64,000 bases of DNA, from assembly GCA_002269645.1 (NCBI GenBank), contig NIVC01001362.1, positions 241,752-305,751 of the forward strand. Direction: 5' to 3'. The DNA comes from Macrostomum lignano (Eukaryota). A program made the translations under genes and the position numbers. The notes beneath the pieces are model-generated. The model ran no database searches and was not told where the DNA came from. It saw nothing but the letters and a program-made list of their open reading frames with translations. Shown here piece after piece: positions 10,374 through 26,219 of the stretch. How positions within the stretch are numbered: position 1 is the stretch's first letter; every line of letters begins with the position of its first letter.

Positions 10374-13300
10374 TTAATTTTATGATCTCCCAAAGTTTTA
10401 TTTTGTATCCAATAGCAATATTATTCGAATGTTTTAATTTGTTTTAATTGGATTGTTATACTATTCTCTCAGTTTAGTTTTATTATTTAGATTAAAGGAT
10501 GTCTATTTTATATTTCTTTCATATTATCTTTCATACTAAAAAAGTGTATCGTTCTAATATTTCTACTATTTGACTTCTTGTAAGTAGTACTCAAAGTTTA
10601 GCTGGTTTAAATTTAAATCCTATGCTTAAGAAACAAAAATGTTTATAAAGCGCCAAAAAGCCAATTTACTCTTTGTGTTTAATTTATATTTTGTTTTACT
10701 TAATAATACACGATAAGAACACATTTAGAAAATTTACGAACAGACTGCTAGCTGTATTATTTAGTAATACTTCTTTTTACGCGTAATGCGTACAGTTTAA
10801 ACAAATTAACAGTTCTAAAGTCCTTTCTTTTTTATTTCTAAAAAATGTAGAAATATTGCAAACTATTTTACCCTAAAATTATAACAGAAAAACACTCGTA
10901 CAAGAATTACATAGAGTATAAGCTAGTGGATAGACGGAATCAATTGAAATCAAATATTATAATTGTAATTTATTCACAAAAAATACTTTTTTAATAATGA
11001 TAGATAAATATAAAATTATATATGATAAACGAAGATAAAACAAGATTGAAAAATTCGCAGTTACTCTCATTCATCTGAAATATAAGCAGCTGAAAATTTC
11101 AACAAAATGCTGAAAAGCTGAAATTAATTTAATAGCTACAGCTAATCATTGATGTGCTTTCAGAAACAAATAACAAGCATGAGTAATCTCAACTCAGGAA
11201 AAAGTTAGAAGCTTTTTAGACTGTTTTAACAACACAAATACAAGGTCTACTAAACTACTAGATTATACAGCATAGTCCTTGCGTACATCATGTAGTCACC
11301 GCCTAACTCAGGCCACTTTTACAACGCTTCATCCAATTCCTGGAGCCTGAGTGAGTGCTTCTTCGCGGGAGGCCCCACCACAACCCGTCTCAGACCTGGA
11401 GGCAGCCCCATGGCGACTCACCTGCTTGTTGGTATCATGCGGGAAATATCTTTTATTATAAGAATCCTGCTCAATTGGCATCAGTTGACGCCAAGTCAAT
11501 CAGGTTATAATGCTACATGTAGCTTTGTGAGCTAATAGCGTGGGAGCAGATGTGCAGAATCTATAATGAAAATTGTACGATATAAACGGACATAGCTAAT
11601 GCACCAAATCAACATCATAAATTAAATTTCTGCTTAATGAAAATTGCTAAAGCAGAGATAACTTACATGCACATGAAGCTATACTACTGACATTTGGTTG
11701 TGAAAACATCTCATACTTTAGCTAATAGGAGTAGCTACATACATCATCTACTGAAAGTAGTTTAATCGCTAATTAATCGTTAAAAACCGTTAAAATCGTT
11801 AAAAGGGACAAAAGTCTCTGAGCAGGGCTGGGCGAGTACACGGTACTCGTTTATAATTGAGTTTTTGACGAGTATGACGAGTAATTATAATCGAAAATTC
11901 GCGACTGAACTGTGTCGAATTTTGATGTTGACGAGATTGAAATTGAAACTTTGAAAGTAATATTCACGACTTTCTTTCCCAGAGAAAGGTAGCTGGAAAT
12001 CAATTTTCAAAAAGTTATTCCTTCCCGGGAAGAAAAAAGGCATAGAAGTACTCGGTACTCGGTCAACCCCTGGGTTCGGTACTCAGGTCAGGCCAAAAAG
12101 TCAGAATTCAACAATTCAATCGCTGATTTTCTAGCCCTCCGTTCTCGAGCTACACAACTGCCGTAGAAACACTTGAGCTCGGCTGAGCAAGCATCAGGCA
12201 GTGCCGGCCCTAGATGAAATCGTCATGCCATTTCTTAGCAGATCTGTCTGGAGCTTCTCGCTACGTTCTTGCAAGAACGTAACAGATCTGCACTATTAAA
12301 ATATATAGGCAGAACTTACAAGATCTGCAGGAAGACCTTGCACGGTCTGCACGAGCAGATCTTAGGAGATCTGGGCAGATCTTGTAAGATGTATTAAGCT
12401 TTACCAATTGAATGCATTGTCCGTCTTATCAAATCTTCCCAGATCTGTTTAGTAATCCATTTATAAAACCCAATGCACTAATTTAATTCCAATAAAGAAC
12501 ACGAGTTATGACAGGACTTTCTTATTTGATTCTGCACTTTTAGTATTGTGCTAGTAAGCTGCCAGAACAAAAGCAAATGTCATTGAACAATCAAAATAAA
12601 GTAGACATATTTATTTGTGAAAATGTAAACAAATACACATATATGCTCATGAAATAAAACTTGTATGCACAAGGGAAATAGCACAAGCAAAAAATAAGTC
12701 AACTTCAAAACAAAAGTTAAGCACACACTCAATAGAAAAAATACTAATGGTACAATGGACTAATGAAATTAGGGTGAGCAATACTTTTAGCAACTAAAAA
12801 ATAGAAACAGAAACATTTGAAAAAACCAGGTGCATCTTTTACTACAATGTTACAATTAAATTGGTTTGCAAATAATTGAAACTGAAAGAGTCCAGTACTG
12901 AAAGATTTTAAAGTCAATATTGCTAGAAAGCTTACTTTGTTATCAATAAAAGTAGGTCTATAAGAGCTCTTAGTAATACTTTAGGGCTCTTTATCATGTT
13001 GCATTTTTACTTTAGGCTGGCTTCATTTTTCTTTTAGCAATCATAGGATGCTTGCCACTTTGCCACTTGGTATAAAGACAAGCTTGGAACCCATAAGTAG
13101 CTATGCCATATTGACCATGTAAAGTAGCTGCAATGAAAGGGAAAATTGTAATAAAGTTCTAGGATTTTAAACATTAATATTCAATTCAAAATAACTAAAA
13201 TATAAAACAAATATTGTTGTTATGTTTTTATATAGTCAGAGTAATAACTTTTGTAAAATTTCTTTGGTCTAATTAAATTTAGACCTGTTTTCTTCTATTC

Positions 13301-13767
13301 TATATTTTTCATATTATTCATCTAGGCCTATCTAGTATAAATACTTTTAGATTTTGCTATGCCTATCTATATTCTTCAAATAGTAGATCAAAGCTTAAGA
13401 TAACTTTCTAACAACCATAAGCCTATATTTAAGCATCCAGGTTTAATTTTTATTCATAAAAACTATACTCTATATAGCAATTACAATTTTTAATAGAGTA
13501 GGGCCTATTTTATTTTAAAATTAAAATGATAAGCCTAGTTGTAACACTATTTACTAAAATTAGACATTATACTCTTAACCTAAGTGTTTAAAATCAAGGA
13601 GGGATTAAAACCAAGTTTTACAGATATGTCAGTCTACCTATTTATAAATCTAGATAAGCAAATAAAAACAAATAAAACAAACAAAAACAGAATAGACCTA
13701 TTTAATTAAGATTTACTTACTAGCTAGGTCACTAGAACTAGCCTAGCCCTAGCCTAGGGGCTAGAAC

Positions 13768-15825
13768 TAGGGTGTCCAGTGAGAATTTTTTTTCTGAAAT
13801 TTTTTTGGTTTTGACTTATGTAACTTATAGACCTGGATGTTATGAGTAAAATGACACTTCACTTTTTTAATTTGGTCAAGTAATAAAAAAGTTATGAGTA
13901 TTTTTGTTTTAAAAAGAATGCGTTTTTCCCTATTCTTAATACATTAGAAAGTGAAGCCAATTCCACGTCATTTTTACTTTTTTCTTTAATTAAGTGTAAA
14001 TAACTTTTTTGTTAGTTAAGCTACTTCTTTGACTTTGGTGTCAATTTTTAGGTAATTTAACTGTGCAATATAATTTGTAACTAAAAAAGTTCTCCTGCTT
14101 AGCAGTTTTTTGCTGCAGGATGTTCTGTTAATAAAAAAATGTTTTTTTTATGCTGCCGGAGTCATACTTTTTTTACTTTAAAGTCCCCTTAAAATACTTG
14201 TACTATACTTAGACAGACTTTCTTGGTGTCAAACTTTAGATTTCTTTTAGTTCTTTTAGGAAACATAAAAATTGTGCAGTTTAAGTATAGCTGTAGGTGA
14301 GGAGAATTTTTTAAGGAAAAATTGTGAATAAGGGTTCAGGAAGGCAAACTGGGTGATAGTGTCTAGTAGACAGTTTTAAGTTAGAATGTCAGGGTTTTTA
14401 CTTTTTTTAACAAATACAACTGGATGTTATGAGTAAAATGACATATTACTTTTAAAGATATGTTGAATAATAAAAAAGTTATAATAATTTAAAAAAAAAA
14501 TTCATTGCACTGCTTCTCTCTCTGTATTGTTGTAAATGGGTAATGACATGTATATGGTATAAAAAATGTTTCATAACTTCATAAGTTTCTGTTTCCATAT
14601 TTTCTGGCTTGTCCTTAATATGCCCTCGCTGAGCAACCTCCCACAGCTGGAAGGCCGACGTGTGGAGGTTTTGTTTGGCTATACCGACGGCGAGGTCTGG
14701 GAGCAGGGTGTCGTTGTCCGCCGTGTTCCGGGTACCAATGCAGACATCCTTGAGCAGAAGTTCCAGGTTGTGTTTGACGACCATGGCAGCACAACCTTTG
14801 AATATAACTTGTACGAAGACTATTTGAAGGGCGACCTTCATGTCCTGTCAGACGACGAGTAGCTCAACAGAGTTACTGAACTTCTTGAATATTGAGTCTA
14901 AACTGAAATGATCAAGTGAGAGTGGATAATGTAGTATAGGTAATTACAATTCCTCAACTAAAAGCAACATTACTATCATATAAGTTGTTTAGATCAACAG
15001 CTCATATACATCAATTTCAATTTGGGTCAAAGCAGAGTCAAATAGTCCCCATTAGAAGCTGCGAAATGCCCAGTTTTGTTTTTCCCTATCTCCGCAGTGT
15101 ATTTCCAAGAAACGTTCTACAGTCTATGGCCAATGGTGCCTTTGCGTTTTGGCCTACATAGAAATCCTTTCTAGACCTGATTTGGGGTGCGTTAGGCTAC
15201 ATTTTAAGCAAATGAAACATTTGTGCTTCAAACAGGCCATCCAATATTTGAAGTTTTACATTTTCCTATGAGATTTTACATGTATTTGATGAAATTTTTG
15301 CCCAGCACTTGAGTTTATAGTTAGGACTTTCGCTGAAACTGCTTCATTTGGTTGCCATAACAACTACATAAAGTTTCAGGGGCATGCTTACACCCGATCT
15401 TGAAAAACTGACATTCACCAATTTTCATGTACATGACATGCTTGTACATGAAAAAATTTTTTCTTCAAAAAATAGCTCCTAAGGTACTCATACATGTTTA
15501 CTAGGCTCCAGTGTTGAAAAAATCATGAAAAACAGTTCAGTTTTTATGTAGGACCAATTCTACAAAACCCACTTTCTTTTTTGGATTTTGCCTCAATTTT
15601 AAATTTCTGTAAAAATGGCACAACTTTGCCATGCTGTAACTTTTTTTGTATAAAATGAAATCGCTTGATTCTTTTTTTATGTTGTAGATATGTCTTAACT
15701 TTCTAAAAAAGTATAAACTCATTGCTGTAGCTTACATACTTACCGATTTACAGACATTTGAAATTATGTCATTTTCATATTTTTTAAAAATCATACATTG
15801 AAAAAATAGCTCACTGGACACCCTA
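13768..15825. mobile_element. Non-autonomous DNA transposon (~2.06 kb) with perfect 16-bp TIRs
   Basis: TAGGGTGTCCAGTGAG (13768-13783) and CTCACTGGACACCCTA (15810-15825) are exact reverse complements. CTAGAAC flanks both sides (13761-13767, 15826-15832). No transposase ORF is visible inside. Confidence 0.8.
14620..14862 (+). CDS. Small Tudor/SH3-like beta-barrel ORF (80 aa) inside the TIR element
   Basis: GC-rich island in AT-rich DNA: LEGRRVEVLFGYTDGEVWEQGVVVRR...KFQVVFDD...YEDYLKGDLHVL. It could be a 3' exon instead (acceptor-like CCCACAG at 14640-14646). Confidence 0.5.
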   Translation: MPSLSNLPQLEGRRVEVLFGYTDGEVWEQGVVVRRVPGTNADILEQKFQVVFDDHGSTTFEYNLYEDYLKGDLHVLSDDE

Positions 15826-16802
15826 CTAGAACTAGGTATGTATATATAAATATAATATAATGAAATGCAAAAGACTACAAAAATACTGATCTATGTATGT
15901 AACTGAACTGAATTTCTGAATTATTAATGGATTAATGAATTATTAATGGACAACATCACTAGGTCTAGACATGCATTCTGTTTCTATTAAAGCATAGAAC
16001 AAAGTCATAGGCCTAGGTCTACTCATACTTATAGGCCTGGGAGTAGGAGACAAGCCTAGATATATATATGATATAGATATATATATATAGCATACATTTT
16101 ATAGTCAGTCTGTCAATTATGTCAAATTTTTTTAATTGATGAGGCAATCTGCTCTTTATTTAAAGCCATGCTATACTCAATCAAAAAGTTATTATGGCTA
16201 AAAAAGTAAAAAATAGTGATACTACACTATGAAACAATTTAAGGAATTAAAAATTACGTATTCGGCTAAGTCAAAAGAATGACTTAGCCGAAATGGATCC
16301 CGATAAACTGGATAAACTGCAAGAGCGAGAATTCAAACTATAAGGGTCCACTCAAGGACGACTTAAGTGGACCTTAAGTCCCACTATGTTCAGAACTGCG
16401 GAAAGAATATTTAAACAAATTCATTTACTGTTGGCTGCCAGAAGAACAACTAAAATAAATACAAATCATTAAAAAAACGTACTATTATGTTAAATATTTT
16501 GTGGAAAAAAACAATTCAGACACTTTTCAAAACTGGTCTGTACAGATCTGCAAGAACTGATCTGACAAGATCCAGCAGAGAAATGTGAAAATATACGAAA
16601 GTCTTTTTTCTGATATACAGTTGGAAATTTTGTTTTCTCTTTACCTAATAAGTATTTTCTAAAAATCACGAATGTTTTCTACGTACCAAACAATAAAAAA
16701 TGGCTTGCAAAGATTTGTAAGATCTTGTAAGACAAAAGCAGATACAGATCTGCTAAGAGATTTAAGTAAGAACAGATCTGTTAAGAATGTGTTAACCAAA
16801 AT

Positions 16803-19737
<2,935 letters not shown>

Positions 19738-20029
19738 AGTATAGCATCAGTAGTACTGTATATATTCATAGCACAGGCAGGAGTCGTTAATCCTCGATTA
19801 AAATCACGATTCACTCACCGATTCAGTCTGACCGCAGATAGAACCAAGCCCGCCTAGACTGAGTCGCTGCTCGCTGATGCAAAATTCGGTTTTAAAATAA
19901 ATTTACAAGCTATATTTCAGTTGTCAGAATAAAAAAATATACTTATGAGCGATCCTGATGCTTCTTCAGCCACTCCTACCCGGATGTCTCTTGTGTTTCG
20001 AATGGTTGTGCACGTAACATTAACCCATT

Positions 20030-20303
20030 ACCCTGATGCTTCTGCAGGAACTCCAACCCTGATGCTTCTGCATGAACTCCAGCCCTGATGCTTCTGCATG
20101 AACTCCAACCCTGATGCTTCTGCAGGAACTCCAACCCTGATGCTTCTGCAGGAACTCCAACCCTGATGCTTCTGCAGGAACTCCAACCCTGATGCTTCTG
20201 CAGGAACTCCAACCCTGATGCTTCTGCAGGAACTCCAACCCTGATGCTTCTGCAGGAACTCCAACCCTGATGCTTCTGCAGGAACTCCAACCCTGATGCT
20301 TCT
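20030..20303. repeat. 26-bp minisatellite (CCCTGATGCTTCTGCAGGAACTCCAA)
   Basis: About 10 copies. Confidence 0.95.
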
Positions 20304-20989
20304 CATTAGAGTTACAGGTGGCTCCAGGTAACTCTGGACACCCTAATGCAAATTTCTCTAGTTTCACCCATCAAGCCTCGACAGTGGGCTAGCCGCCACT
20401 GCTGGACAGCCTCAGCTAGTCTCTCAAGCATTCAGTCATCACCACGACGCCGTCGGCACCTCCAACAGGTGGCACCTGTGGTATTCTGTGGTCACATCTG
20501 TTGCACATCTTCTTAGGTACAATATCGCACAGTAAGTAACTTGTTGGCTACATCGTCCCACAACTTATAGAGAAATTCGCATCAGGGTGTCCATAGTCAC
20601 CTGGAGCCACCTGTTGAAGGTCCAGAAGCTCCGCCTGGGTAAAGGCCAGTGACCAACGAAGTCAGTTCTGATGCAGACACATGTGTTCGACGTGCTGTTG
20701 AAATTTGGAGACTTGGAAAGGCTGCGATGAGGCGCAGTGCTGATTGGCGCACAGGGGTGCAATGAATACACTGGCGCTTATGGAAAAAATCCGACCTTCT
20801 GGCAGAATCGTCGAATATCTCAACGGTCTGGAGGGCTGGCGACCTGATTCTTGTTTGAGAAGGAGCGCAACAAAAGTTAGCCCGTTTTCTTGAATTTCGT
20901 GTGTCGGTGTTTGCTCCAATACGGCGTAGCAAAAAAATTGTCAGGGGGAATTCGCCCCCCCCCCCTCTTGGTAGTAGTTCTACTGTTAA

Positions 20990-21872
20990 CCATTTGGAAG
21001 CCAAAGTCCTGCACTGCAGGCCATACCGAAACGGCTCAAAAACCCAGAGATTGAAAAATGTCTATGGCATCAAAAACCATCTCCCAGTCACTAAAGCAAG
21101 TGCCCAGTATGGCCTGCTGTGCAGGTCATGATTAATTTAAAGAAGCCCTGCATTATGCATTTCCGTTATGTTTTCACTCAAATTTTAAATGTGAAATGAG
21201 CGAGCACAGTGAAAACATGAGGTGATGCACAAATGTATGGTCGTATTAAATTTTAATCTCTTCGCTACTGACCTACGAGTATTATGACTAGTAGTATTAA
21301 ACAAATACAAAATTTAACTGCATGGTTCCAAACAAAACAAGGACATGAAAAGAAATGTGTAACAGGGTTCAAGTTAGGAGACGCCAATGCAGGATCGCTC
21401 GTGGGACTTCAATGTGTCTCGTGCCAGATCCTGAAGCATGGATCTGGGACAGAGACCAGGATTTCCGGGACAGTGGCTGCAGCAAAATACTGTCTTCTTA
21501 GCTGGAACGTCAGGTTTCAAAGAGCACATTCGGCATCGTTTGCTTGGGCGAGCCTGGGCTTCCGTTGCTGGGAGTCTCATTGGTGAATGAATTGGACGGT
21601 TAGCCTGCATCAGGGCTGGAACCTGAGTCGGTGGCCGAGCGCGTCCCGGTCCTGAGTTGCGGATCAGCGTCTTGATACTATTCTCTAGGAAAGTCAAAAA
21701 TTTGGCTGTCCCACCACATTTCTTGTACAGCGTCCAAGCGTTTCGTACAAGCGTGAGAATCAGGTGAAACGCGACTTTCTGGAACCATTTGTAGGACTTA
21801 CGATTTGGATGGTAGAGATGCACGGACGCATCAAGTCGATCAACACCGCCCATTTTGCGATTGTACTGGATG
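20990..21872 (-). mobile_element. piggyBac transposon 3' remnant (transposase C-terminus with Cys-rich domain)
   Basis: YNRKMGGVDRLD, KWFQKVAFHLI, CRMC...CCSHC..NPGLC and, after removing one extra C, PDPCFRIWHETH* (stop 21409-21411). Possible terminus TTAA|CCATTTGG at 20986-20997 (tentative). Truncated at the 5' side. Confidence 0.85.
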
Positions 21873-24800
21873 TACTGGATGTATTAGTAGGGCATTTGCA
21901 TTGCACAGTATATTATAGTACATTTATGCATACCTCCAATCACCGTGCACCCTCCTGAGCAGAGCCGTCGAGACTGGGCCAGGTCTTTGACCAGGCCTGC
22001 TGACTCCCGCTCTGCTGCACCCCCTACTGCCTCGGCTCCGTCTCCCACGCCGCCACACATGCCGGAGCCCCTGTCTCTCTCTATTATACCTCCCCCGCTA
22101 CTCTATCTCCTATGCGCTCTACCCTATTCATTGTGTACTTTTCCCAATCCCACTCTTTTTTGTCTCTTTTTACACTGTTTTCCTGCGCTGTCCCCCTCTT
22201 TTGGTACCTACTTACAGTACTTTGTGCGCTCACCGTCACCCCATCCCTTATCAAACTCCCAAACGGTGACGCAAGTCCTGTGACCCCTCTTTCCTCTCGA
22301 TGACTCATCAATGACTCATCACCCTCTCTTGTGCAACCTTTTCTCATGCCATTGTTTTCCTCCCCAAATTTCTCATGCGGCACCCACCCCACCTCCGCTT
22401 CTATTGTTCTCGTTTTTGATTATTTTGCTCTCCTTTTTGCACCCAATTAGCAGTCCCTAATGTTTACTTTTCTATCCCCTAATTATTAACTATTACTAAC
22501 CTACTCATTATTCACTCGTTCACCATCATTTCACTCATGGCTTGCTAAGCCTTTCTCCCGGATAAGGAAATTTGGGTAAGCTAATGGCCTCTCCCTGTGC
22601 AAAGCCCGCCTGTGTGTGCGTGCTGCGGGTCCGCGTGTGCGGGCAGTAGAGGGAATTAGCGAGTCTTGGCACAGAATGGCAGTAGGAAGGTTGCAACCCC
22701 ATGCTGACGCGTCCCTTCGCCCTGAGCAATCTAAACTAGAGACAGTACATGTTCACCTCACACCACTCTTAGTAATTGAAGCCGCGAATCAGCCTCGCTC
22801 ACAGCCACAAAGGATCCCCTGCTGAGAAATCCTCCAGATTGAGCCCAGAGTTCCCGATCATGCCCCAAGCAGAGTCCCTGTACTCGGCTGCATGTGTCTC
22901 CCCTGTTAGCCTAAATTCTCTGGTAACAATCCAGGCGGAGCTCTAGCCTCGAGAGGTCTAGAGACACTCGAGAGTAAGATCTACATGTAGGAGCGCCAGG
23001 TCACATAGAGTGGTGGCAGCCACTCGGTCATACTATCTATGCACCTTGCACCTTGGCTACAGATGGGGTCCATGTGGGTCCTTGGCCCTCTATGGTCACG
23101 AAAGCGCTACTAAATTAAGCTGTCAATCATGTGGGCGGGACAATCTAGTATTGGAGGTCCGTCAGGTCATTGCCGGTCATAGGCAGCCTACGGTCATTGC
23201 CCCCTCTGGTCATGCGTTCGTCTTTCAGCAGAGCAGACAGGCGACAAGGGCGGTTACATCACTTAGATCGAGCCAATTGAGATCTGTGCATGTACTTCCA
23301 ACGTCTTCATCTGTATTTGGGCTTCTGTATATGTACGAGTATATGGGTGGAGCAACTGCATTGTGCAGTGTTGGTTCTGGTTTTAATCACTTCGAGAGCT
23401 CTCGACGATCTCGACTCTTGTTGTGAGCGTCGATCTTACGGTTAGTCTCGTACTTAGCAGCAGACAGCTAGCTGCTTGACATTTCAAAAATTTTTACCAA
23501 ACACATCCTGAGTTGAAATTTGTGGTATATATAGCTTTTTAGCTCGTAAAAACTGCTAAAATTTTGCTGTTCTGTACCATATCATTTTATTGTACATAAG
23601 CTACATGTACATGTAGGTCTAAATTCTCGAGCGACGCGGGTGGTGCATGTGTACACTTGCTTGTCGCTGGATTGTCTGTCCCCGGTTTGACTGTCACCGG
23701 ATCGCCTTGTCACCTGTTCGACCCGGTCCCCATACTAAGTAATCAGCTTTGATTTTCCCTAACTGTATGAGGATTGGTCCAGTACGGTGAACCCCAATAT
23801 CGTTTGAAAGATCGACGGGGCATGTACTTCCTGGATATTTTTGTTGGCCCGTTACCAAAGAAGAATTGAGCTGAAAGGCAGCCATTTTTAGTTTCCTTGA
23901 GTCATTCGATGTTTTTATACATGTAATTATATACTGCGCTCAAATTGACAATGATTAGAAAGAATAGTTACGACATTTGGAAACAACAATTGTTTTTTAG
24001 CATAACTATAAGTAAAAGTCTTTTTCTTAGTAAATTAATGCAATATTACACTAAAGTTCGTTTGTCTGTATATCTATATTACTTTTTTGTTATACTTTGC
24101 ATTTTAAAAATGGCTGACAAAGTGCTTGTTTGTATAAATACGTTTTGGCTAAATCATATAGTATTGGTAACTGATACAGAGCTTATAACAACTACATTTT
24201 TAGGTTCCTAAACAAATTCCCTAGCAGAAATGAAAGTTCTGCTGTCTAGTTTTACACCATAGTAGTTATTTTTGTCCAGTATTCGAAATTATTACAGAAA
24301 ATTCTGGGAAATTACATTAGCTACATATTGTGTAACTTAAATTGGCGCTTTTTTTTACCACCCAGCGATTTGAATTATCATTTTTACTGGCAAACATTTG
24401 AAATTGAAGGCATGGATCATACTTTCCAAGAACATTTCATTAGAAAATGGCTGCAAAAGCAAGATTTAATAAGTACTGTCTATTTGATTCCATTTACGCC
24501 TTTACACATTGTACTTCTAGTTCTATGTTGATGTCCCAATTTGGGATAAATCCTAAGGCCCAGGCCTAACCAAAGCCCCGACAGGGCTAGGGTCTAGTCT
24601 ATTACTAAATAGAACTTTATAGCCTAGGTCACATCACAAGTGCAGTGCTGAAGTGCTAGGGTGCAAGCGAGACCTGTTTTTCTGGCAAAAGCCTATCCTA
24701 GATTAGATTTGTATATAGGCCTAGGCCTAGGCCTAGCCTAGACTAGACCTACTGAAAAATCAGGCTATTCTATTCTTTAGTCACCCTCTGCCTCTATAAG

Positions 24801-26219
24801 TCTAAAGTCTATAATAAGTCTCGAATCTGGATAGGCTAGGCTGGGGCTGGCTGTGCAATATATGGTCTAGGCCAATAATTTTTATTCTAGGCCTAGGGTC
24901 CAAGTGACAATTATTGAATTAAGTCATGACATGAATGTTTTCTGTTCAGTAGGGACAAGGCCTTGAGTCTAAGGATTATATATTCTTGGATTTAACCTTT
25001 GTTAATATTAAGCCATATTTCAGATCTAGTCTAGGTCTAGGACCTAGGTCTAGCTGTCTAGGCCTTGTTCTATTGTTTAAAATTGAAAAAATAGCCTCCC
25101 TTACTACTAGTACTAGGCCCTAGTGGCTAGCTGTCAATTATCATATTATATAAAACTACCTTTTTACAATTTAGGGCTATTCTCTATCTTAGTAAGTTTT
25201 GGTTTATCTTGGTTGAAGATCATTGATCAACAAAAATTTTGATTTATCACTGCATCTCTATGCTTCAATCATTTGCTCTGAAACTTTTATCAATTCTTGA
25301 CGCATGTCTTAGCTTTGCAATGACATCTTAGACACATGATTGCCTTTTGTATTTCCCCGAGATATTCGCTTCCAAAATGTGTTTATAAGGGGTGTCAAAT
25401 GAATTCATTTTTGGTATACTTTGCATTTGTGCCAATGTTTTTTTCCTTTAAGACAGAAAATTTCTGCTTACAAATTTTTTAAGCTGAATATGGTGTCAGA
25501 GTAAGGAATGTATCCCAAAACATGAATTCATTTTTTGTATGAATTATTTATTTGAAGGAAAGAATATCTGTTTCTCTTTTTTCAAATAAACATGGTTGTA
25601 ATGCTGTATACCAAAAATCATATATAATGGTTTTTATACCAGCCATTTATGCCAATCCATTTTCTATTAATTTTTATACAAAGTATTTAATTTTTAAGTT
25701 GAGGCTATTTTTTAGACTTACAATAAGATTTCGTATATAAATAACAAAATGGACTGTGGCATTTCAACAAATTTAAACTTTACTATATTTTTGCCACTTT
25801 GATTTTTTAATTTTATGTGTTTATCAGTTTATTTGTTCAATTGTTTATTTTATAATAAACCTATATCATAAAAATTTAAGCAAAACAACCTGCTTCCAGC
25901 AAATTGATTGCTACCAAAGTAGATCTACTAGCTTAAATTTTCATTGGTATATAAAAACTGTTTAAAATAGTTTATCTTGTATATAGATTAATAAGTCAAT
26001 ATTTGTGCAAATACAGTGCAGTTAATACAGACCATATGACATACATTTTGGCTTCAATAGGGTGACAGTTATTTTTGCAGTCATGACTCGTGATGGCACT
26101 TTAAATAAGTTATTAAAATTTCACAATACTTCAGAGCACAGCTTATTGTGATTATACAAAAGCAGTTCCTCATCTTGGTGCCTTAACAACTATATATCAT
26201 TAAGAGCACCACTGTTGCC

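Noticed and set aside
9296-10393. Antisense and alternative-frame ORFs over RhoGAP (likewise over the quiver-like gene, lin-9 and the RT)
   Set aside because: Shadow ORFs expected in very GC-rich coding DNA.
11330-11412. Tiny minus-strand ORF MGLPPGLRRVVVGPPAKKHSLRLQELDEAL
   Set aside because: 30 codons, no recognisable motif, no supportable exon context.
11823-12072. Possible hAT-like MITE (CAGGGCTGGGCGAGTAC ... GTACTCGGTCAACCCCTG)
   Set aside because: The inverted ends are imperfect and there is no 8-bp TSD; too weak to call.
23694-23885. 63-aa minus-strand ORF with an AAAATGG start context
   Set aside because: No recognisable domain or splice partner, so it cannot be distinguished from chance.
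24550-25130. CTAG/AGGCCT-rich tract (similar ones near 13720 and 15990)
   Set aside because: No fixed period, TIR or TSD could be defined; treated as low-complexity DNA.
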